Below are positions 23,520 to 32,292 of a DNA stretch of 61,962 nt, one piece after another. The stretch is from Granulicella sp. GTDB lineage: Bacteria; Acidobacteriota; Terriglobia; Terriglobales; Acidobacteriaceae. The DNA lies in NCBI GenBank assembly GCA_027339965.1, contig DAHWNL010000061.1:1-61962 (forward strand), read 5' to 3'. Each line of letters opens with the position of its first letter. The first letter of the stretch is position 1. Both the position numbers and the translations under genes were made by a program. The notes below the pieces were generated by a model, which was given only the letters and a program-made list of their open reading frames with translations, made no database searches and had not been told where the DNA came from.

Positions 23520-23903
23520 CTAATACTTGGCCGCAAAGGGCAGCAGTGCGATCGCTCGGGCCTGCTTGATGGCGCGCGTCAGCTTGCGTTGAAACGGAGC
23601 GCTGGTACCGGTAAGACGGCGCGGGATGATCTTGCCGCGGTCGGAGACGAACTGCTGCAGCAGACGCACATCGCGGTAGCTGATGGTATCGATCTTCTCC
23701 ACCGTGAACTTGCAGACCTTCTTGCGGCGGAAGAACTTGCGCCCGCCGGCACCTGCCCCGGCTCCGGCACCTGCTCCGGCCCCTGCCGGACGCGGCGGAC
23801 GGCCTCCACCCGGACGGGAACCCTGATATCCGGTGCGCGCCGCAGGCGCGCCCTCATTGCTGGTTGCAGCCGGCGTTGCCGGTTGTACTGTCTCGTCAGC
23901 CAT
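23520..23903 (-). CDS. rpsR: 30S ribosomal protein S18 with Gly/Ala-rich N-terminal extension
   Basis: [29 protein letters not shown]. Start 23903 or 23912. Confidence 0.96.
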   Translation of the reverse strand: MADETVQPATPAATSNEGAPAARTGYQGSRPGGGRPPRPAGAGAGAGAGAGAGGRKFFRRKKVCKFTVEKIDTISYRDVRLLQQFVSDRGKIIPRRLTGTSAPFQRKLTRAIKQARAIALLPFAAKY

Positions 23904-24127
23904 TTTGCTCATCCTTGGTCTGCCCCCGGCCCATCGAGGCCGGCGGTCGGTTCTGCCACTCCTGCTCCAGATCCGCCAGGGGATCTCTGGACTTGATCTC
24001 CGCTTTGGGCTCCGCCAGGTTCACCGGACGGAAGAGGAGATCGTGGAAGCATCTCGCGGCGTTGGTTTGGTCCTGTCAGCGAACGGAAGGAGATCCATAC
24101 TGTCCGCAGATCTCAAGGGGCGCGGCC

Positions 24128-24562
24128 TCAGGAGGCTGCCGCGGTCTCCTCCGGCGCGGTCTCCGCGGCTTCCGCGGCCACCTCCGGCGCGGCCTCCGCA
24201 TTCACCTGCGGCTGAGCGCTGCGCTTCACGTGAGCGTCGCGGTGGGCCTTGATCTTCGCCACCCGCTTGTCTTCCTCATCCATGCGCACGGTGATGAACT
24301 TGATCACCTGTTCGGAGACGCGCAGACGGCGCTCAATCTCCGCGATCAACGCGGCCGGCGACTCCACGATCAACAGAATGTAAAAGCCGTCGTTGAACTT
24401 CTTCACTGTGTACGCCAGACGCCGGCGGCCCATCTTCTCGGTCGCCTTCACCGTTCCGCCTCCGGCGGTGACGTAGCCGGAGAAGGTCTCCATGATCTTG
24501 TCGAGCTCAGCCTCTTCAACATCCGGCCGAACGATAAACATGATTTCGTAGCTGCGATTCAT
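24128..24562 (-). CDS. rpsF: 30S ribosomal protein S6
   Basis: RSYEIMFIVRPD, GRRRLAY, acidic Ala-rich tail. Confidence 0.96.
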   Translation of the reverse strand: MNRSYEIMFIVRPDVEEAELDKIMETFSGYVTAGGGTVKATEKMGRRRLAYTVKKFNDGFYILLIVESPAALIAEIERRLRVSEQVIKFITVRMDEEDKRVAKIKAHRDAHVKRSAQPQVNAEAAPEVAAEAAETAPEETAAAS

Positions 24563-24723
24563 CATGACTTCTTTCTGCGGGGTTCTGCCCCGCACCGTTC
24601 CGGGATTCCCTTCCATCCGAAACCGGTGTGGAAGATTGTTCCTGCCAACCGACGATCAAAAACTTCTTGCAATCGTTTCCTGCTTGCTGCAACCACTCCA
24701 AACTACAGCTCCCGGCGCGCCGC

Positions 24724-25326
24724 TCAAACTCCGGGAGGGGCCTGCTCCTTGCGATTGAACTCGTTCATCGCCACGGCTACGCCCTTGCTCAGCACCGTCT
24801 CCACCGCGCGCACCGCACGGTCCAGGGATGCGTCCAACTCCTCCAGCATCGGCTTGCGCATGGGAGCCAGAAGAAAATCCTTCCCGCCGGATTTGACGAT
24901 CTCTCCCGTCTCCGCCGGCGTCTTCCCAATCCCAATCCGAATGCGCGTCCATTCCTCCGTCCCAAGCACGCCGGAGATGGACTTCACTCCGTTGTGCCCG
25001 GCCGCTGAACCACGCTCGCGGATGCGAATCGCACCCAGAGGAATGTCCAGTTCGTCGTACAGGACGATCAGATCCTGAACTCCGAGCTGAAACTCATCCA
25101 GCAGAGCGGCGACGGAAAGCCCGCTCAGGTTCATGAAGGTCTGCGGCTTGACCAAAAGAACCTCCTGTCCCGCGAGTTGCGCCTTGCCCGTCAGCGCTCT
25201 GCCGCGACGGTTGACGACCTGCGCATGACAAACCTTCGCGATGCGATCGATCGCCAGAAAACCTGCATTGTGGGGCGTACTGGCGTACTCCGGACCAGGA
25301 TTCCCAAGACCGACGATCAGCTTCAC
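24724..25326 (-). CDS. pth: Peptidyl-tRNA hydrolase
   Basis: LIVGLGNPG, HNAGF, KPQTFMNLSG, GHNG, RIRIGIG. Confidence 0.97.
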   Translation of the reverse strand: MKLIVGLGNPGPEYASTPHNAGFLAIDRIAKVCHAQVVNRRGRALTGKAQLAGQEVLLVKPQTFMNLSGLSVAALLDEFQLGVQDLIVLYDELDIPLGAIRIRERGSAAGHNGVKSISGVLGTEEWTRIRIGIGKTPAETGEIVKSGGKDFLLAPMRKPMLEELDASLDRAVRAVETVLSKGVAVAMNEFNRKEQAPPGV

Positions 25327-25466
25327 GCCCCCATAGCACCTTTCCAGTTCCTCTGGCTCCGGCCAACCTGCGTCGCACCTCTGCGGCCAGATTCACCGCA
25401 AATTCAGCCCAACTTCTTGCGTCCGCCCTCCGCTCAGGCTTGTTGTCTTCCTGAACCTGGGCCGGC

Positions 25467-26162
25467 TTACTTCTTGCCTTTCTCCGCGGCTGCTTCGGCA
25501 GGAGCCTCCGTCTTGCCCTTCTTGGCGACCTCCGGCTCCGCAGCGGCGGCTGCCGGCTCCGCCACAACCTCTTCACGCAACACCGTCACATGAGCCACCA
25601 TCGCTCCCTCGTCGCCCAAAAACTTCAGCTTGCCGGAGTGGGGAAGATCAGAGATGTGAATCGCGCCATGAAGATCCAGTTCGGTGACATCCACATCAAT
25701 GTGGCTGGGAATATCTCCGGGCAGGCACTCCACCTCCACCTCGTGCAGCACCTGGCTGAGAATGCCTCCGGCGTTCTTCACGCCCTTACAGACCCCCACC
25801 AGTTGCACCGGAACCGAGACGCGCATCACCTTGTCCATCGCAATCCGCTTCAGGTCGATGTGCAGCAGCTTTCCCTTCAGAGGCTCGTTCTGCCAGTCCA
25901 CGATCATCGCCTTGGCGGTGGTGCTGGCCTGTCCGGCCTCCGAACCCTCGATATGAAGGTCGAAGATCGTGTTGTGACCCGAGTCGGAGTAGAGAATTCT
26001 AGTAATCACCTTCGGATCGACCGTAACCGCCATGGACTCCGCGCCAGCTCCATAGACCACGGCCGGAATCAGCCCCTCGGCGCGCACCCGGCGCGCATGG
26101 TTCTTGTTGAATTTACCCGTGCGGGGCTTGGCTACCACCGCTTCGATCGTTCTCTGTGTCAT
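25467..26162 (-). CDS. rplY: 50S ribosomal protein L25 (CTC type)
   Basis: ARRVR..GLIPAVVYG, LLHIDL, C-terminal CTC domain. Start uncertain (26162/26171/26276). Confidence 0.95.
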   Translation of the reverse strand: MTQRTIEAVVAKPRTGKFNKNHARRVRAEGLIPAVVYGAGAESMAVTVDPKVITRILYSDSGHNTIFDLHIEGSEAGQASTTAKAMIVDWQNEPLKGKLLHIDLKRIAMDKVMRVSVPVQLVGVCKGVKNAGGILSQVLHEVEVECLPGDIPSHIDVDVTELDLHGAIHISDLPHSGKLKFLGDEGAMVAHVTVLREEVVAEPAAAAAEPEVAKKGKTEAPAEAAAEKGKK

Positions 26163-26315
26163 CAGCTTCATCCTTTCGGGCACGAGGTTGAGCCCCGCTC
26201 CCTTTTCCTGCGCTTGCTGCCGTTCCTGCGCTTGTTGTTTCTGCTGCTCTGGTCGCTTCTGCTGCTCTGGTTGCAAAACTCCGCTAACACCGCCGCCGCA
26301 AAGATTCGCGCCGGT

Positions 26316-27437
26316 CTAATTGAATAATGTGCTCACGCTGGTCTCCATATGGATGTTCTCGATGGTGCGGCCCAGCAGGCCGGCGATGGAGAGCACTTTG
26401 ATCTTCTCCACCTTGCGCGCCGCCTCAGTCAAAGGAATCGTGTTGGTCACCACCAGCCGCTCCAGACAGGAGTTCTGAATGCGCTCCACAGCGGGGCCGG
26501 AGAGCACCGCGTGCGTGGCGCAGGCGTAGACCTTCTCCGCCCCCTGCTCCAGCAGCGCCGCCGCGGTCTTCACCAGCGTTCCGGCCGTATCCACAATGTC
26601 ATCCAGAATCAGGCAGGTGCGTCCCCGCACCTCCCCGATGATGTTCATCACCTCGGTGACGTTGATATCCGTACGGCGCTTGTCCACAATGGCCAGCGGC
26701 GCAGGCTGCTGGAGTTTTTTGGCGAAGAACCGCGCCCGCTCCACTCCGCCCGTGTCCGGACTCACCACCGTCAGATTCGAGAGGTTCAGCTCATCGAAGT
26801 ACCCCACCAGCACCGGGCTGGCGAAGATATGATCCACCGGAATGTTGAAGAACCCCTGAATCTGCGCCGCGTGCAGATCCACAAACAGCGCCCGGTTGGC
26901 TCCGGCCGTGACCAGCAGATCCGCCACCAGCTTGGAGGAGATGGCCACCCGCGGCTTGTCCTTGCGATCCTGACGGGCGTAGCCGTAATACGGCACCACC
27001 ACCGTGATGCGGCGGGCGGAGGCGCGGCGCAGAGCATCCATCATGATCAGCAGCTCCACCAGATGCTGATCTACGGGATTGCAGGTCGGCTGAATCAGAA
27101 AGACGTCCACCCCGCGCACGTTCTCCAGAAGCTGAAAGAAGGTTTCGCCGTCGGAGAAGCGCTCCAGGCGGGATTCGCCGACGGGAACGCCCAGAAATTT
27201 GCCGATCTCCTCAGCCAGTGGCCGGTTGGCCGTCCCGGAGAAGATTTTGAAGCGCCGGTCCTCGCTCAGCCGCGAGGGGCGCTTCTTCTCCGCCGCCTTG
27301 GGATCGGCAGCCTTGTTGGCCGACGACGGGGCGGAGACCGCATGGCTCGAGTTTGGGTTGGGAACCACAGTTATGTCGGCTACGTTCACGGATGCTGTCA
27401 CAGTTTCGATGACGGTTTCGGAGACGCTGTCACTCAC
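26316..27437 (-). CDS. prs: Ribose-phosphate pyrophosphokinase
   Basis: FSDGE, PYYGYARQDRK, DLHA, VSPDTGG, DDIVDTAGT; about 60-aa N-terminal extension. Confidence 0.97.
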   Translation of the reverse strand: MSDSVSETVIETVTASVNVADITVVPNPNSSHAVSAPSSANKAADPKAAEKKRPSRLSEDRRFKIFSGTANRPLAEEIGKFLGVPVGESRLERFSDGETFFQLLENVRGVDVFLIQPTCNPVDQHLVELLIMMDALRRASARRITVVVPYYGYARQDRKDKPRVAISSKLVADLLVTAGANRALFVDLHAAQIQGFFNIPVDHIFASPVLVGYFDELNLSNLTVVSPDTGGVERARFFAKKLQQPAPLAIVDKRRTDINVTEVMNIIGEVRGRTCLILDDIVDTAGTLVKTAAALLEQGAEKVYACATHAVLSGPAVERIQNSCLERLVVTNTIPLTEAARKVEKIKVLSIAGLLGRTIENIHMETSVSTLFN

Positions 27438-27780
27438 GTTGAAATCCTCCAGGCTGGTTGACCCATGGGCTCTTTCATACTGCTTGCCTTACTGCCTTGC
27501 AGCCGGTACTGGTTTCTTCACCGGCCACCTGCATGTGTGAGACCTGATTCCCTGGATCTTGCCCTCTTCTGGTTCGATTCCAGGACAATCTCCATACTTT
27601 CTGCTGCTACCGCATCCGGTGCCGGATGAGGGTTCTGCTCACCTTCCCGACGATGCAGTTGCCATCGCGAAAGATCAAAAGCTCCCAAACTTCAGCCCTC
27701 TTCGCAGAAGCGGATTCGCCGGCCGGAGGCAGTTGCCCAGCCGGCTTGGCAAGCTACTGCTGCGGCCGGGTGGCGACTTG

Positions 27781-27854
27781 TGGCTGGGCGACTAGGATTC
27801 GAACCTAGACAAAGTGCGTCAAAGGCACTTGACCTACCATTAGTCGATCGCCCA
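27781..27854 (-). tRNA. tRNA-Gln (anticodon TTG)
   Basis: Minus strand TGGGCGA-TCGACTAATGGTAGGTCA-AGTGC CTTTGAC GCACT-TTGT-CTAGG TTCGAAT CCTAG-TCGCCCA-GCCA forms a cloverleaf with encoded CCA; canonical ispE-tRNA-Gln-prs position. Confidence 0.97.
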
Positions 27855-27897
27855 GTACGCCTGCCTGCATGCCGGCCCAGCCAACCGATAACCTCGG

Positions 27898-29028
27898 CTA
27901 AGCCCCAAGTCTCTCTTCCGAGAGCGGCTCCTCTGCGAAGATCGCGTGCCGGTACCGGCGGCGCGGCAGGGTCTCCGTCAGGATCGCCCGCGTGCCGCTT
28001 TGCTGCACACGATGTTGAGCCTCGCGCGCGGCGGCCTGGGATCCATAGAGCCCAAACAACGCCGAACCCGAGCCCGAGAGAGCCGCATAGAGCGCGGCGT
28101 CCTCTGAACCTCCCAACAGATCACGCTTGATGGAACGCAAGAAGGGATGCTGCGAGAAGACGACCTCTTCGAAGTCGTTCTCAATCCCGGTGCGGACAAG
28201 CGCGAGAAGAGGATTCTCGGCCAGATCGCATGGTACGTCCCTCGTTGCCGAGACCCTGCCCGAAGGCAAGTCGCTTGACGCTGAACCCGGCGCAAGTTCC
28301 CCTTGCGCACAATCTGGGCGGTCCGTAAGGCGGTCCGTAAGAGCGATACCGGAGGGGCCGGACTCAAGGCCAGAAACTGACCAGACCGAGGCTAGAGCAC
28401 GGCTCAACTGTTCTAGTTTATCCACAGAATGGCCGGAAGTCAAAGAACGCGCGTCCATCTGCTGGAAGGCCAACGCCGTCGAGACACCCACCTCGGGCAG
28501 GGCCACCACGCAGGCCAGCGGAGCCGTGTCCGGCAGCGGATAGACCAGCTCGCCCCGGCCCAGGCCGAGCACCGTCCCGCCCAGCAGGAACAAGGGAACG
28601 TCCGAGCCGACCTCCGCGGCCAGCCGCAGCCGCTCCGGCCCGGGCAGAGCCACGCCCAGCTCCCGCTCCAGACCCAGCAGCGCCGCCACGGCGTTGGCCG
28701 AACCCGCGCCCATCCCGCCCTGCACCGGCAGGGTCTTTTCGATGTGAATCTGCACCTCGGCGCTGAGATCGAGGCGTTCCAGCGCACCCTGGGCCATCTT
28801 CCAGGCCGTGTTGCGCTCCGCATTTCCCTCCGCGGTGCGGGGCACCCCGGGATGGTTGCTGGTGATCTCGATCCGGGTGCGCCCCGCCGCTCGCGCCGTC
28901 ACCGTCACCCGATCATGCAGCGGCAGCGTCTGGTACACCGTGGCCAGGGGATGGAAGCCATCCGCGCGAGGCGTGCCGACGGCCAGACCAAGGTTAATCT
29001 TGCAAAACGAGCGCAGACCGGCGGGCAT
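27898..29028 (-). CDS. ispE: 4-diphosphocytidyl-2C-methyl-D-erythritol kinase
   Basis: KINLGL, PVQGGMGAGSAN, GSDVP, NDFE, LSGSGS; ATG 29028. Confidence 0.95.
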   Translation of the reverse strand: MPAGLRSFCKINLGLAVGTPRADGFHPLATVYQTLPLHDRVTVTARAAGRTRIEITSNHPGVPRTAEGNAERNTAWKMAQGALERLDLSAEVQIHIEKTLPVQGGMGAGSANAVAALLGLERELGVALPGPERLRLAAEVGSDVPLFLLGGTVLGLGRGELVYPLPDTAPLACVVALPEVGVSTALAFQQMDARSLTSGHSVDKLEQLSRALASVWSVSGLESGPSGIALTDRLTDRPDCAQGELAPGSASSDLPSGRVSATRDVPCDLAENPLLALVRTGIENDFEEVVFSQHPFLRSIKRDLLGGSEDAALYAALSGSGSALFGLYGSQAAAREAQHRVQQSGTRAILTETLPRRRYRHAIFAEEPLSEERLGA

Positions 29029-29227
29029 CAGAGCCGGCCCTCTGAAACCGAGGCTGCGCAAATGCTTATGGGGCGGGAACGCATGCAGGAATGATTTTAG
29101 AGCAGTCTGTCCTCGGCCTACGCGTCCGAACCCAAAGACCACATCTTCGGATACCCGACCCCAACCGCGTTCTTCGCCCCTCAGCCAGAGAGAACAAACT
29201 CACCCCACCAAGCCGGGCGATGGAGAC

Positions 29228-29267
29228 AAAAGGAAAGCCCGTGACGCAGCGGTGCTGCGTCACGGGC
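29228..29267 (-). terminator. Intrinsic terminator of the NHL-lipoprotein gene
   Basis: Perfect 14-bp stem GCCCGTGACGCAGC/GCTGCGTCACGGGC followed by TTTCCTTTT on the minus strand. Confidence 0.85.
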
Positions 29268-29288
29268 GGCCTTGAACCGGCGGCGGGA

Positions 29289-31955
29289 TCAGGGCTTCTG
29301 GCCGAACTTATTCTCTTGCGCCGCCACCGAGAGCGGAGTGACCACCGGCGCCGCTGCTCCGACCATCTCGACAACGCGGTTCCCAATGTAGTTCGTGATC
29401 CAGACGTTCCCAGAAGGATCGATGGCCAGATTGAGCGAGTCCTCCAGCATCTTTGTGAACGAGGTGGCTGCGGCCGGGTACTGCGCCTCGGGGATGTAGT
29501 TGGTGGGGGGCGAGATGGCAAGATCGGCGCTTCCGGGCGTGTAGCCGCCGTTCAGCTCCACGATGGAGTTGGTGCCAGTGCCATTGGTGCAGGTGCCGTA
29601 GTTGCCGCAGCGGTTGGTAAGCCAGATATTGCCGTTCCCGTCTATGGCAGAACCGAAGGTGGAGGTAAGGTCAGCTCCGGTGTTGCCGCTGTCGAACTGC
29701 GCGGGAGATCCGCCGTTGGGGCCGAACTCATAGACGATTGCATCCGTCTCCTGGTCGGGGATCCAGCCATTGCCGTTGGCGTCGATCGAGGGGAACTCCG
29801 GCTGCTGCAAGTTGGTGGTGTACTCCCAGACCTCGGCTCCCGTCGGGCTCACCCTCGCAATCTGGTAGGGGGACCCCTCGCTGGTCAGCCAGAGATCTCC
29901 AGAGGCATCAATGGCGCCGTGCGCCACATTGTCGCCCGCCTGGAAGATGGCCGGGCTGATACAGTCGTACACGTAACTGCCGGCGTTGCCGTTGCAGGTC
30001 GTGCTGCTGCTGATCAGCGATCCAGAGCCGTTGTACTCCCACATCTCAAAGTTCCCGAAGGTGTTGGTGCTTCCACTCTGGTTCGACGAGCCGGCGAAAA
30101 AGTATGCGTCACCACTGGCGTTTGCGATGACCGTATAGGCCTTTTCATAGCCGCTGCCGAAGGTGTTTATCAGGGCGCCGCTCTGGTTGAACTCCTGAAT
30201 GCTCGTGGTGCTGATCGCGTTGCCGGTCCATGCGTTGTTGCTTCCGTCCACAGAGACGTAACCGAAGATGTAGGCGGGGTTGTTGGTGTACGAACTGACC
30301 TGCGCGCCCAGAGGAGACCAGAGATTAATGCTCGGGTTGACATTGCCGTCCTGCGCGGTGATCCAGATCTGTCCGTTGCCGTCCACTGCGATGCTCTCTG
30401 CATTGTTCAGGTTCGGGTTTACAGCCGTCGTGTAGCCGCCCACTGCGGTGTACGGATAGTCGATCGCGATGGTCCAATCATTCGGAGCATGGCTCAGGTC
30501 GGGGACGTAGGGCACCGTGCCGGACTGCAGGGCGAAGATGTCGGAAACGTAGCCGGTGTTCACGTCCGCCGAGCTGTGATTGCCGGCCGGGTAGCGCGCG
30601 ATGTTGATCGCCGCCGTGGCCGTATCGGTTGGCTGCGTGCCGGTGCTGGTACCGTCATCGGTGGCTACCGAGAACAGCGAGATGCACTCTGTGCTTTCGG
30701 TGCCCGGCGAGGGAGGAATGGAGTCGACGCAGGAGGCCAGAATATTGGCCAGGGTGTCGATGGTCGCCTCCGGAACCACGCCGTTGCCGGAGTTCGAGAC
30801 CCCGTTGAGCTGCGTCTGGTAGTTGGCCAGATGACCCTCCCCATCGTTGGCGGTGGACTGCGGGCCCGTGCCCTGGATGTTATAAAGCTGCGCCGCCGTG
30901 TTGGCCGCATTGGCGATTCCCAGCAGCGCCTGCGCCGTGCCGGAGGTGCCGATGTGCCAGGCATCGTTGTTGGCCGCCAGCGTGAAGGGTTGGAAGGTGT
31001 ATGCCGTAGCCACCGTCGAAACTTCATTCAGATAGATGTAGGAGAGCGCCGTCGAGCCGGTGGAGAAGTTCCCCGACGAGGGGCAGTTGCCCAGCGTGGC
31101 AAGCTGCACGATGTTCGGGTTGTTGGTCGCGGCGACCGTGCCGGGAGGGGTCGCGGTGGCCGTCGCCGCCGTGCCGATGTTGTCCTTTCCGGTCGTCGTG
31201 TAGGTGCCGGGTTGAATGTGTCCGTGAATGCCGCTTTGGTTGTAGAAGGTGAGCGCGGTGAAGGAGAAGGTGTTGTTGGTCGGCGAGGGCGAGGACAGGA
31301 TCGTCTGTGTTCCGTTCAGGATGCTCCAGCCATAGTCCGTGGCCGTTGCGTTGGGAAGGCCGGCGATGGTGACCGGCTGGCCTGCGGCGAGCGGAACCGA
31401 CGAGTTGATGGTGAAGGTGTAGGTGGCCGTCTGGGTTCCGCCGCTCCCTTTCACGTTGCTCACCGTGATCGCGCTGACGGTATAAGTCACCGGCGGCAGA
31501 CTCGTCGTCCCGATATTTCCACCCCAGGCATAGATGTATACCGGCTGGCCCACCGTACACTTGTAAGCCCCGGTGAGGTTAAAGGATCCGGAACTATCCG
31601 TGGTGACGTACTCGGCCCCTGAAGGCACATTCGGATCAGAGGTGTCGGCGGTGAGCGTGAACCCCCCCGGTGAGGTGGTTGTGCCCGTGCCGAGGATCGA
31701 GGTCGCCGGAGATCCGTAGCCGCTCGTCCCAGGCTGCAGGAGATACACATGCGCCCCCTGAATCGGCGCATGACCGCCATACACATACCCCTGAACCGCC
31801 GGCCCCGCTATCTGACCGGTGGGCGTCGCAGAGCTGGACGCGCTGTTGTTCTCCATGGTCATCGCCCCTCCACAGCCGGCCAGCAGCAGGGTTCCGGACA
31901 GGAGGACGGAGGCAGACAGGCTGGGAAGGAAGGCTCTCTTCAAGGTAGACGCCAT
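29289..31955 (-). CDS. Large NHL-repeat/beta-propeller surface lipoprotein
   Basis: Lipobox LLAGC, Thr/Ser/Gly-rich, repeated (A/S)(I/V)DxxGN(V/I)W blades, INEVST and PNDWT family motifs; ATG 31955. Confidence 0.8.
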   Translation of the reverse strand: MASTLKRAFLPSLSASVLLSGTLLLAGCGGAMTMENNSASSSATPTGQIAGPAVQGYVYGGHAPIQGAHVYLLQPGTSGYGSPATSILGTGTTTSPGGFTLTADTSDPNVPSGAEYVTTDSSGSFNLTGAYKCTVGQPVYIYAWGGNIGTTSLPPVTYTVSAITVSNVKGSGGTQTATYTFTINSSVPLAAGQPVTIAGLPNATATDYGWSILNGTQTILSSPSPTNNTFSFTALTFYNQSGIHGHIQPGTYTTTGKDNIGTAATATATPPGTVAATNNPNIVQLATLGNCPSSGNFSTGSTALSYIYLNEVSTVATAYTFQPFTLAANNDAWHIGTSGTAQALLGIANAANTAAQLYNIQGTGPQSTANDGEGHLANYQTQLNGVSNSGNGVVPEATIDTLANILASCVDSIPPSPGTESTECISLFSVATDDGTSTGTQPTDTATAAINIARYPAGNHSSADVNTGYVSDIFALQSGTVPYVPDLSHAPNDWTIAIDYPYTAVGGYTTAVNPNLNNAESIAVDGNGQIWITAQDGNVNPSINLWSPLGAQVSSYTNNPAYIFGYVSVDGSNNAWTGNAISTTSIQEFNQSGALINTFGSGYEKAYTVIANASGDAYFFAGSSNQSGSTNTFGNFEMWEYNGSGSLISSSTTCNGNAGSYVYDCISPAIFQAGDNVAHGAIDASGDLWLTSEGSPYQIARVSPTGAEVWEYTTNLQQPEFPSIDANGNGWIPDQETDAIVYEFGPNGGSPAQFDSGNTGADLTSTFGSAIDGNGNIWLTNRCGNYGTCTNGTGTNSIVELNGGYTPGSADLAISPPTNYIPEAQYPAAATSFTKMLEDSLNLAIDPSGNVWITNYIGNRVVEMVGAAAPVVTPLSVAAQENKFGQKP

Positions 31956-32292
31956 GGCGCAAGTCTCCGGGGGTTCAAACACAGGGAGTTACCAAAATCT
32001 CAACCTCAGCGGCCGGTATGCGGTTACCAGAGGGCGGCAGCGATTGCGAGAGATAGGTTCAGATGAGAAAACTATAATCTGAAAGTGATTAGAGAAATCT
32101 AATTTTTTTGCATCGGGTAGCGATTCAGGGACGCCCTTCGGGTAATAACCAGGAGGACACGGGGGGTTACCGAAGATTCTTTCGCTCCTTGCGCCTGACC
32201 GGCAGCCGAAGCCCAGCGAAGCCCCTGCGCCAGCAACATGGCGGGCATTCGCAGCCTTGCGCGGGAAAGCAAAGCCGACTCTCCTGGCCGCC

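Noticed and set aside
27781..27854. tRNA-Gln as an integration site for an island
   Set aside because: Flanked by its usual neighbours ispE and prs; no integrase and no duplicated tRNA 3' end seen.
31983..32292. Riboswitch (for example c-di-GMP) between the two lipoprotein genes
   Set aside because: Could not find the conserved aptamer motifs by eye; an Rfam scan would be needed.
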